From Octopus bimaculoides (Eukaryota), in NCBI RefSeq assembly GCF_001194135.2, contig NC_068992.1, forward strand, positions 57,900,179 to 57,964,178: a stretch of 64,000 nt of DNA, read 5' to 3'. This document shows positions 10,873-22,079 of this stretch, piece by piece. The position numbers were made by a program, and so were the translations under genes. Position 1 is the stretch's first letter. Each line of letters starts with the position of its first letter. The notes under the pieces are model-generated. The model ran no database searches. It had not been told where the DNA came from and saw only the letters and a program-made list of their open reading frames with translations.

Positions 10873-12140
10873 GTAAGTTGTATTTGGAAAGGGAGGATTC
10901 GTTCATTTTTAACTGTGTAAAACCCTAATGTCGAAAAATTTATTACAAAAATATGATGTTTGGATTGTGATGATAGACGAAATCAAAAATATTGTCAGTG
11001 AATTAATTTTAGGTGAATATAAGAAGAAATAATAAAAGTAAAGCAACCGCAAGAAACGGTATTCTTTGTTTATTAGTCTAGGATATTCTGACGCGAATAA
11101 CATATTTCATAAATGACTCACTGCGGAAGACCGAAGTCTCGTGTAACAGCTGCGAAGAAGACAGAAGAACTGAATTAAATGTATAACTTTCTACGAGGTA
11201 TACACCAGGATAACCCATGTCATTAATTCTACATTTCTTGCAGCCCTTCAGATTAATTCACAATTCAGTGATGTATTAGATTCTACATACCTAAAACTAA
11301 AGATCCCCAGAAAGTTGACTGAGAAGGGAGATAGAATTAATCGGTAGCGATCATTGACTATAACGTACCCTCTTTGACAATTTTTTTTTTGACTATTATA
11401 TATCTTTCTAGTGATTTGTTTTTCACTATAACATACCATTCCTGTTGATCTTTGATCGTAGTGTGCCTCTTTTACTTTGTCAAACTGTAGCTAGTGTCAG
11501 TGTACCCGTGAAAGACTTTTCTTCTACCTTTTGACGCTGATACACCCAACTTCTTTGTCGTATGGAACATTGTGGGTTGCAATTAAGAATTGTTATTTTT
11601 TGTATTAAGATGAAAAGGTCTAATTATATTAATCTTTCGGAGAAAGTATATGAGAAGTGAAAGCATTGTTCGGCAATTTATCGGAATAAATACCAGGTTA
11701 CTTCTATTTATTTTTGAAAATATTCTTTGGATTTTCGTTTTAATCATCAGAATGTAAATAGAGTGTAAATAGTGGCATATTTTGGTGCTAAACTGATCAC
11801 AACAACATTTGTGTACACAAACTGGAGTCTGTTTCATTTGATCCACTTTTAATCTTCAAAAACATTTTTAATTATCTTTCAACACTAATCGTTAATGTGA
11901 GAGCACCTCTGGTCTACTCGTCTTTCCACTTGGTGTAATCTTTGTTGCGAACCCTCTCAACCTTTCCCCACTCTAATCCCTATGACCAGTTTTTTTAATA
12001 CCCAGAACGTTGGCTCTCTGGAACATATTCTGCAGAATGGAACATAAACGGTATCAGATTCACTGGATTTGAAGGGCCTGCAAATAATTGTACATTCATT
12101 AGGAATTCAGATCATCACTTATAATCATATTCTGTTGGTG

Positions 12141-12142
<2 letters not shown>

Positions 12143-12220
<78 letters not shown>

Positions 12221-12240
12221 CCTCCCTCTCTCTCTCTCTC
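12143..12240. repeat. (CT)n microsatellite
   Basis: About 98-bp nearly pure CT run. Confidence 0.97.
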
Positions 12241-13711
12241 AATTTGCTTTTGGTTGACTTCAAATGATGCTTAGTTGAAGTTAAGTGCTGTAAGATTCCC
12301 AAATAGAGATTTTATAATTCCACTTTGAATTTCAGATCCTAACTCTGTAATATGTGGGTAGTCTTTCTATAGGTACAAATACTTGCATCTTCTGGTTGAT
12401 GAAACCAATCTTCTCAAGCCTGAGCTAATTGTATCTGCCACAGTTTACCTTTACTAACATTACTGAAGCATTAATTCATCCATTGGTTCAGCATGTTTGC
12501 ATGACATGCTCATATTAATGCAGTTGTCTTTCATATATATATCAGATTGGAGCCTGGTGTAGCCATCTGGTTCACCAGTCCTCAGTCAAATCGTCCAATC
12601 CATGCCAGCATGGAAAGCCGACGTTAAACGATGATGATGATAGAATATTAGTTGCTCCCATAATTGCCCCTAAATCCTATTTTTTAGATGGTTAGATGTT
12701 TTTAGTGGTTAGAGTATTAGGCTCACGGTCATTAGTTTGTGAGTTCCGTTCTTGGAATTGGTGGTATGTTGTGTCCTATATCACCTTCCCACTGCTCCTG
12801 GTCTGCTTCCATAATGTTCCTTGTGCTACCATTTCCATCTGCACATTATTGCATGCCAGTTCAGCTGAGCACTGTTAAATCACCACCTTGTATTTAACAT
12901 GCATAATTCATTATTGCAATTTCTTGTATTAAATCACTGGATTCTTACAATAAGGTTTTCAAGTTTAACCCATTTAATACCAACCCACTTAAGACTGACC
13001 TTAGAGACATGATGCAAACTTCATGTTTTAAAGAGATGCATCTTCCAGGCATACCAGCAAATGGGTTTTTTTTAACACTATTTGCATATAGTCATTGACT
13101 AGCGATTCAGTTCACTTCCAATTCAGTTCAGGTATGGGATGTTGATAAGACACAAAAGTGGCAAAACATTAATGTGCATCACTTCTGAATTGGATTTGGG
13201 GCGAGTTGTTTCACCTGTCTATGACTTTCAGATGTTTTAACACTTGAGACTTTGATGGAGTCATCTCTACAGTGCTAAATTGCAGCGTACTAGTGAACAA
13301 GTAAATCACATATATTGAGTATGTGTTCGATAATACACACACACACACACACGCGCTTTCATTTTCTTGTCTTGAAGTTAGATTTTTAAAAAAGGTTCTT
13401 GAAAACTATTATTTACCTTGTATTATTAACTCTTTTGATGCCAACCCACCTGAGACCCTCCCTGGTTCTATTATAAAAACTTCCTGTTTTAAAGGACCTA
13501 AATTTAAACTTTCCATCAGAATTTCTCGTGCCAAATTATGTTCCAAACACCAGCTTAATAATGGCCGAGTTGTTCTAACTCCTATCTGCAAGTGTGAGCT
13601 CTGTGAGTCAGAGTGGTTGTTCCAACACATCTCTGTCACCATCCTCCAGAGCAATGCCTTTTTCCATTTTGTCTGCTAGGACCATGAGGTGCTCTGAATT
13701 TTCAAAATAAT

Positions 13712-14305
13712 AATAATAATGCAATACCATGCTCTATGTGCCGGTCCAGTACCAGGCAGTGGCTTGTGATCCTAACTGATTGGAAATGTTATCATGTGCA
13801 TTATTTTGTCTTGGTATAAGAGATGGGCAACAGCAAATATTCTGCTCACTACCCAATATTGAATAATATTCAATATTTGTCAGTTGCTTGACCTTAACCA
13901 GTTGAGCATGTCCTTTGGTGGCTGACAATATGTGTATCTCTGATCACAAGCAGAAGTAGTGGGGGAGCATCATAGCCATGTGTTGAGAGAAATACTTTGG
14001 GGTTTGGATAATTCACCTTTGGAAACATGGGTGTTTCATTCAACATCCTTAAATAACTCTTATTCAGTGACCTTTTGAACGGGATGGGCTACTCGACCAT
14101 AAGAAAATTCTAACTGAGCCCCACCTGCAAGGTCATTCACTGTTTATCTTGATATGAGATCACCATGTCACACATGTATGGTTGTGATGCATGTACCTGG
14201 TGTACTCTTATCAGATGGGTAGTCACGATGGGTATACTGGGCTTTGTATATTTTACCCCAGTGTCTCTTTGATGGCATATACTGCTCTCTCACTCAGTAA
14301 TAATA
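13712..14305 (+). mobile_element. Interspersed repeat with (TAA)n tail, probable LINE 3' UTR
   Basis: GC-richer 600-bp block bounded by taataa runs. Only one copy in the window, so classification is inference. Confidence 0.45.
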
Positions 14306-15449
14306 ACGCAGGCACTTTTCTTTGCTCAGTTTGAATATTGTTCAATATTATTTTCTTAACTTCTTTATTATTTTCAACATTAATTGAAGCAAAAACATTA
14401 GATTTCGACAGAAATAGGGTAACAAAATTATTGTTGTTGAAATATTGTTGATAGCAAATTATGAAGAAATGTACAGAATTGTCAAGAATATTTTTTCCCA
14501 ATCAGTCCAAGATAATTTAAAAACAATTAGGGATAACTTTATTATGTAAAACTATAGTCTTCACAATAATAATTCTTATACTTGTTTCAGTAATATAATT
14601 ATGTGTAATTTACTTTTCCGCTTCAATCAGACGATTGATTATTATTTTTGCTTCATAATTATATTTATTTACTTTTGTTTGTTCAGAATGTTCAGAAAAT
14701 AATCTTGCATAATTTTCTCATTGAAATTTGTTCCATGTGTTGTGTCTGGTGTTAAAGAATAGTTCTTAATTGTTACCATCTTTCAGTTTGCTCAACCAGA
14801 AACTTCTCCCGTATTTGTAAGTACTTTGGCCAAAAAATAAATAAAAATAAGTGCTTAATTTGCTAAATTATGAAACACTGGTCTGCCTTTAATTTATTTT
14901 TAAAATACAAAAAACAAAAAACAAAAAGAAATTATATTCTCTGTCTTTATTTTTGTTGTTGCTGCTGTTGTATTTTAGCCATTTTACATTCTGACTGCAG
15001 AGCTTCACTGTCATAAGTTTCATTGGCAAAATTCTTCTTCATTCCCAGGAAATCTTTTTCAGAAAATTGAAATATCAATTTAGTATTCCTGCATTTGCAA
15101 ATGAGAGTAAATTAGTTGATTTTTATTTTTGTATCTGGTTTGCAAGTTTCTTAATGTAAACTCGTGTTGAAACAGGGTTTTTTTTTGTATCTTGGGAGGA
15201 TCATTATGCCAATAATAAACACACACACACACTGGTTCCATTTCACTTCTTTCAAGCGTCTCCTCCCTATTGAGGATTACACATTGTTAAAGAGTGTTTT
15301 TTTTTTTTGTTAAACCTGTTTACACGCAATACCTTCAAAACAACATGCACACACACATACACACACACACATATTCAGTGTTTTATCCTCTGACGTCCAT
15401 AATGTTTTTTCTTGATATAAACCTTTTGTGGTCAATACAGAAATCATTA

Positions 15450-15909
15450 TCAAGGTGGTGATCTGACAGACTCGTTAGCATGCCAGGCAAAATGCTTAAC
15501 GGTATTTTGTCTGTCTTTATGTTCTGAGTTCAAATTACGCTGAAGTCCACTTTGCCTTTCATCCATTCAGGGTCAGTAAAATAAGTACCAGTTGTGCACT
15601 GAGATTAATGTAATTGACTTACTCCCTCCCAGGAAATTGCTGACCTTGTGCCAAAATATGAAAGCATTATTATTATTATTAGTATTATTAGGTGGTGAGC
15701 TGGCAGAAACGTTAGCACACCAGGCGAAATACTTTGAGGTATTTCATCTGTCTTTACGTTCTGAGTTCAAATTCTGCTGAGGTCGACTTTGCCTTTCATC
15801 CTTTTGGGGTCAATAAATTAAGTACCAAGTACCAGCTGCGTACTGAGGTCGATCTAATTGACTGGCCTCCTCCCCGAAAATTTCAAGCCTTGTGCTTAGA
15901 GTAGAAACG

Positions 15910-15958
<49 letters not shown>
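15450..15958 (+). mobile_element. Two tandem SINE family C copies ((TTA)n tail)
   Basis: ggtggtgagctggcagaaacgttagca...gagttcaaattc...ctttgcctttcatcc..ggggtcaataaattaagtacc...tattatt. Other copies at about 25870-26350(-), 28430-28740(-), 30930-31050, 37740-37900(-), 45050-45310(-), 47690-48055 and 48762-49020. Confidence 0.85.
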
Positions 15959-15959
15959 G

Positions 15960-16196
15960 TTAACCAATGAACTAATTGGTTGTTTGATTAATCTCTCAGT
16001 CAATCAGTCTGCTGAATTCATCGAAGTCCTTTCATTGTCGTTTGCAATTTCACCAATGACATGCTCTCTAATCCAGGACTAGTGAAGGTATGTCGTTGAT
16101 GAGTTCATGAATGGTAATGAAAGGACTTTAACGAACCTAGCTGACTGATTGATTGACTGAAGGGGTAATCAAATAATCAATTAGTCAATTGATTAA
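15960..16196. mobile_element. Foldback/MITE-like element, about 75-bp imperfect inverted arms
   Basis: ttaaccaatgaactaattggttgtttgatta...gtcctttcatt versus the reverse complement of aatgaaaggact...taatcaaataatcaattagtcaattgattaa. Confidence 0.75.
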
Positions 16197-17334
16197 ATGT
16201 TTAACAAGTTGGCTAATTACAGAACCAGTGTATGTGTTTATTACTGGCATAATGATTTTCCTGAGATGCAACTAAATTAGTGGAGTTTTTAGCAAAAGTT
16301 ATTTCTTTCAAAAAGACTTTTTTTTTTTTTTACCATAATATTCTTCATCATTGCTTCATATAAATTGCTGCAAAGGCTTGGCTTAAGTCTAACATGAAAC
16401 AATGTAATGTGTTTAGTGCAAGACTGAAATCACATATCCAATGGGCTTCTTTCAGTTTCTGCCTGCCAAATCCATCTGCAAGGCTTTGGGAGGCCCAGGA
16501 CTATAGTCTAAGACACTTGCTCAAGGTGTCACACAGTGGGATTGAACCCAGGACCATGTGGTTGGGAAACAAACTTCTGACCACACAACAGATATGATGC
16601 TCCAAAAGCTCACTTCAGTCTCACAATAAATAGACAAAATACAGGGTACGTACTTCAACTGATATTTGTAGTTGTTACTGTTAGTTTTCAAATAACTAAT
16701 TTCATCAGTTGTATTTAGTAGCTCAACAACATCTTAAAACAATGTTATCAACAGTAAAATATACTGAAAACAATGTATTTGTTATGTGGATTGTTCAGCT
16801 GCTCTGCTTTTCTCTTCGGGCTTTCTCTACTTCACAGTCTTGTTACCATTTTATTTATTCTTTCTTTTCTCAAAGACTTAAGTAAGGAGGAGACAAATTT
16901 TTAATGTTTTTCGCTCATAACTTTCTCCTGTTACAGTTAGTTTCCTTTGACAAATCAAGTTTCCATTATTTTTATGAATTGAAGTTGCCATAAAACTGCC
17001 TTCGGAAAATGACCTTGCTTTGAAAAAAAAATAAAGTTAAAAAATTACAGTTTCTAACCTTTGTGCAAAATATAAGGAAATAATTTAATGAGGAACAATT
17101 TGTAGATGCTGAAAAAGGGAATTGGTATACCTTGTAAACTAATTTTCATTATTTAATAGGTTTAATATGTTGAGTATCAACCTCCCTGAGATCACCCTTA
17201 AAGTGTTAATGTTTAAAGCAGATCTTAATTAAATTAATGTCATACCATGAATTTGGTTGGTTAACACTGACATAGCATATGTGTGTGTGTGTGTGTGTGT
17301 TTATTTAAAAGGCTGATTGTTATGCTCAGTCAGA

Positions 17335-17394
17335 GAGTGACCATCGGTTTCACACTTACGAAATACTTAGCTGTATAGGTAACTCATCAGACTC
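17335..17394 (-). ncRNA. Type I hammerhead ribozyme-like motif
   Basis: Minus strand: gagt-CTGATGA-gttacctatacagctaagtatttcgtaagtgt-GAAA-ccgatg-GTC-actc. Stem I gagt/actc, stem III ACC/GGU with GAU loop, intact core. Stem II imperfect (ttac/gtaa, atac/gtat). Confidence 0.6.
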
Positions 17395-18429
17395 AAATGG
17401 CCGGAGGAACATTCCCTCTCTCTCACCATTTCCTCACTATATTTCAATATATTTATTCGAGTTTATTTCATTAAATGTTCATACTTATCCTTGGTTCTTG
17501 TTGATACTGCTGTGACAAATTTCAAATATAAGCATCAACTGTATTGCAGAAGCTTTGCATTCTTGAAAGATCTTGCTGTGTTGTGAAGTTCTATAACATG
17601 AAACTTATTTTCCTGTCAACTTCCATCTTACTTAGAAGTTAATCAACAAAAAAAAAAAAATGTTCCAGGTTACAGAGTTCCATATTTTACTTGAACTGTG
17701 GTCATGCTGGTGCACTACCTTGAAGGGTTTAGTCAAACAAATTGAACCCAGTAATTGTTTTTTTAAATCTGGAACTTGATTTATCTGTCCCTTTTGCCAA
17801 ACTGATAAGTTACAGATGTAAACAAACCAACACCATTATCAAGGAATGAGGGAGAAGGACAAAGACATGCACATGTGTATAGATATGGATGTAGCCATTT
17901 TCTGTCTACCTCACCCACAAACCACTGGCCAACCCTGAGACTCTAGCAGAAAAAAGACACTTGTCCAAGGTGCTGCTGCACAGTGAAACTGAACCCGAAA
18001 CCACTTGGTTGCAAAGCAAACTTCTTAACTACACAACTGACCGTGCCTGCAAGATTTTCACGAAGGCAGTGCTTCTGCAAACACATGTCATGCCACTCGT
18101 GCATTGCTTTGAAACTTCATGCATTTTTACCCTGTGTATTTTAATTCATGAGCCACCATATAAAATGTTTTTTGTTGCAAAATGCTTTCATCATTGGCTG
18201 ACATTAACTTGCTTGTTTCATTTATTTTTCCTTTGGTTTCATTTTTTTGTTGTTTTTTTTTTCAAACCATGCTGTGATGATTTTGTTTTTCCTTGTTTTG
18301 ACAATGTATAAAAATTAATCTGATTCATGTGTTTCATGATAATTATTATAACAACTCTTCATTGACAGCTTTCTACAGCAAATGTATTGCCTCACTGTTG
18401 CTTTTGTTTTCCCTTTTTTTTTTTGTTTC

Positions 18430-18653
18430 TTAACCCTTAAGCATTTAAACTTGCAATATATGATTAAAATAAATATTATACTGTTTTTATTTTTGGACTA
18501 GTTTCAGCCTCTCACATCTGCCCTACAATGTCATTCTAAATTAAACAATTACATCGAAATCTCAAAGCTATGACACAATGCATGACTAATTCAAAATGAT
18601 GTGAATAAATAGGTATTATAGTTAATAGAGTAATTTGAATGCTAAAGGGTTAA
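18430..18653. mobile_element. TTAA-flanked MITE (piggyBac-type termini)
   Basis: ttaa-cccttaagcatt ... aatgctaaaggg-ttaa, 224 bp. Confidence 0.85.
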
Positions 18654-18982
18654 TATTTAATCTTGCTGTTTATTTCTATTTTTGCATTTTTGTTTTGTTT
18701 GATTTGTTGTTCTTGTTTTTTTGTTTTTTGTTTTTTTTTTTTTCCCCATTCTGTGTTTGTTTGATTATGGCCACTTCTTGCATGTTTGGTATTGAAATAA
18801 CTCTTGTCTTCCTGCTTCCTTTCCAGGCTAAATCAACCAATGTCAAGGTAACATTTTAACGCACATAGTTGCTTCATCAGTTGTACCTTTTTCTTCTTTT
18901 TTTTTTAATCTACTAACACACAGCAAAATATATAATTGCTAAGCTTCCTCTCTCTTTTAATTTTAATAATAGTAATGGTCTA

Positions 18983-19023
<41 letters not shown>

Positions 19024-19954
19024 GTCAAATGTGGGATCTTTTTTTCTATTAAGGTTTTTCTTTATGTGGAGTATGTACACAATAATTCCTTTCTCTCTCT
19101 GTGTTTATACATACATACATACATACATACAGAGATGTGTATGTGTGTAGATGTATGCATGCGTATGTATATGTGTGTGTATGTATGTATTTATGTAGAT
19201 ATTTACATATATACATATATATATAAACAATATGTGTGCATGTGTGGTTATATATGCACGCACACGTATTAGTTAGTTTTAGACAATGATGTTTTAAATG
19301 CTTCATGTTCTAACCTGGAAAAAAAAAAGAAAAAAACAGCTTTTTTTTTTTTTTGCTTATGTATTAGTCTGCAGCAAGTAGAATAGAAGGCAATTGAACT
19401 ATACATACGGCTCAGTCACAATTCATGGTGGCAATATCAGCTTTTCTGTCTTAATTTTCTTTGATAATAAATACATTTAATAAATACATAAATGTCATTC
19501 ACACTGCCACCAAATTCAACAGTGCTAGCTCTCTATTAACTGTCCAAAAGCAAGGCTGTCACTCATGAGTGAGTGTGAACATTTTTGGTGAAGCTGATTT
19601 GAGGCTGACTTGTTTGACAACTGACATTTTATTGTTTCTCTCTTTCTCTCCCTCCTCCTTTATGTGTATGAGAAGAGGGTAAGTGTTTATGTCACTTGTG
19701 CTCAGTTGTCATCATCATCGTCATCATCAGCTCTAAGCTGACATTGGTTGGATGGTTTGACAGGGGCCAGCAAACCAGAGCACTGTGCCAAGCTCTAGTA
19801 TCTGCTTTGGTATGGTTTCTATACCTGGAGACCCTTCCTAATGCCAACCACTTTATTGAATGTGCTGGGTGCTTTTTTTTTATGGCACCAACACTGGCAA
19901 AGTCACTGTCTCTCTCTTTCCCTCTCTGTCACTCTCTTTCATTCTTTTCCTTGT

Positions 19955-20150
19955 TTCAGTCATTTGACTGTGGCCATACTGGAGCACTACCTTAAAGGGT
20001 TTTAGTCGAAAAAAATCGATCCCAGGACTTATTGTTTGTAAGCCTAGTACTTATTCTATTGGTCCCTTTTTCTGAACTGCTAAGTTACAAGGATGTAAGC
20101 ACAGCATCCTTGCTTATCAAGTGATGATGGTGGGGACAAACACAGACATA
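19955..20150 (-). mobile_element. SINE family A 3' half, ending at the piggyBac boundary
   Basis: tgtttcagtcatttgactgtggccatactggagcac...ggggacaaacacagac, then an abrupt switch to piggyBac sequence. Confidence 0.8.
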
Positions 20151-20972
20151 GACCAACCCGGCCGTAGCCGGCCGAGAGTACCCATTGTTATTTAAATGTA
20201 TATTTGAACCCAAATCTCGTTAGTACATTTGTTAAAACACCTGATTTCACTTTGCAAACAGTTGAGTTATTGTCTCCGACATTGTTTGGTGTGATATTTG
20301 AACTCAGTGAATTTTGGAAGATTTTTTTTCCACATTTTTTGCGGCATTAATTTTTTTCAACTTTGAAGATGGAGAGGAGTTTCATGCTATCAAGCAGTGA
20401 TTCCGAATTTGAAGGTTTTTCAACAGGAGATATGGAGATATCAAAGAAAAGAATGAATGAGCTACAAAAGCACGTGGTGAACGATAATGAATCGGATATT
20501 TCTGTATCCGAAACTGAAAGCAGCGATGGCGACAGCAAGGATGATTTTACACCAGAATGGAGTAAAGATTTTTGAAATATTTTTATTAACAATTTTTCTG
20601 AGGAGACAGGGTCTAGCCATAGTCTTTCTCAGGAAGCGAAACCTTTAGACTTCTTTTTCTTATTTTCTCCAGCATGCTTGTTTGAAATGGTTACTGCAGA
20701 AACAAACCGTTACGCAGAATGTAAACAAGCCGGAAAAAAAGATAGCTTGTGGTTTCCTGAAACCGTAGATGAAATACGGGCATTTTTTGCCATAAATATT
20801 ATTATGGGTATTAGACAGTTACCCAGAATAACAAATTACTGGAGCAATCAGGAACCTTTTGGCGATTAATATGTTTCCAGTATTATGACGCAAGTACAAT
20901 TCGTGAAGCTGAACCAATATTTACATGTGAGAGACACTAGCAGTACACCCCCACCAGTACGTGGAGAACTTT
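20150..20972 (+). mobile_element. piggyBac (PGBD-like) transposase fossil, 5' part
   Basis: Single frame from ATG 20369: MERSFMLSSSDSEFEGFS...W...*...PLDFFFLFSPACLFEMVTAETNRYA...W....DEIRAFFAINIIMGIRQLPRITNYWS...*YVSSIMTQVQFVKLNQYLHVRD. These are typical piggyBac N-terminal motifs. In-frame stops at 20573-75 and 20867-69; truncated before the DDD core. GC-rich palindromic end (ccggccgtagccggcc) near 20158. Confidence 0.9.
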
Positions 20973-21171
20973 GAGACAAAAATTATGCAATAGAATTGAT
21001 TAAGAACCCTTTCTTCAATTATGTTCCAAATATCGCATTTTTTTCATGGCACCAGCACTAGAGGGTTTACCTTGTTCCTGACAAGACAAAGGAGTCCTCT
21101 CTCCTATGATGTCACCATTCATCTGACAATGTGTTGGGTACATTAATATTAAGCATAATATTTGAAAGTGC

Positions 21172-21492
21172 CGCCTGGCTGGCCTTCGTGGGATTTTCGA
21201 GCGAGATCGTTGCCAGTGCCCCTGGACTGGCTCTTGTGCGGTTGGCACATAAAATGCACCATTTTGAGCGTGGCCGTTGCCAGTACCGCCTGACTGGCCT
21301 TCGTGCGGGTGACACGTAAAAGCACCCACTACACTCTCTGATTGGTTGGCGTTAGGAAGGGCATCCAGCCGTAGAAACTCTGCCAAATCAGATTGGAGCC
21401 TGGTGTTGCCATCCGGTTTCACCAGTCCTCAGTCAAATCATCCAACCCATGCTAGCATGGAAAGCGGACGTTAAACGATGATGATGATGATG
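21172..21492 (+). mobile_element. Retroposon family B ((GAT)n-tailed, probably LINE-3'-derived SINE)
   Basis: ...ggttggcgttaggaagggcatccagc...catgctagcatggaaagcggacgttaaacgatgatgatg. Shares long identity with the other copies listed. Confidence 0.85.
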
Positions 21493-22079
21493 ATAAAATT
21501 GAGCAACGATTTTATTGTAAGTATTTATACATGCTATTACTACAGCCAGTATTAATTGTAGCACAGCCAAAATTTTCTGGTTTGATGGAGTGAATAGAGA
21601 ATTAACAGCTCTTAATCATTTAGACCATACTTGAAGTGGTCAAGAGTTAATCCTTTTGCAAATTGCAAATATCACTGCCCGAGATCAAGTATAGTTACAC
21701 TGTGCTGTATTCTACTATTTTGCTGATTGGCAGTCTTTATTATCTACCATTCCAAAACAGGATAGTGCAAGCTGTTGCAGGCTGGACCCAATTTTGGCAC
21801 TCTTGTTACAGAAACCTGGCATCACACCAGCCCATCTGAACTATTAATATGGCCGAAGTATAAGCTTATAGCTGTTGTAAAAATGCCAAGAATATGTTGG
21901 CAATAATCTATAATTAAGCTCTGTAATTATAATAGAAGGGTGGAGGCATGGCTGTGTGGTAAGAAAATCACTTTGCAACCACATGGTTTTGAGTTCAGTT
22001 CCACTGCATAGCACTTTGGACAAATTGTCTCCTACAATTTCTCCTAAAATTTGACAGTTTGCGTACAAGGAAAAGAAAA

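Noticed and set aside
10967-11091. C/D-box snoRNA candidate (GTGATGA...CTGA) in DCTN3 intron 1
   Set aside because: No terminal stem, very AT-rich interior, and no rRNA-complementary guide that I could recognise.
11583-11846. Minus ORF with LVFIPIN..TMLSLLIY resembling a Ulp1/C48 protease strand
   Set aside because: The catalytic His-Trp is absent and no Asp or Cys motif follows; similarity too short to support. An HMM search against Peptidase_C48 would settle it.
21015-21422. ORFs MKPDG.TRLQSDLAEFLQLDALPNANH... (also 48293, 55344, 2659)
   Set aside because: Translations of the antisense strand of retroposon family B.
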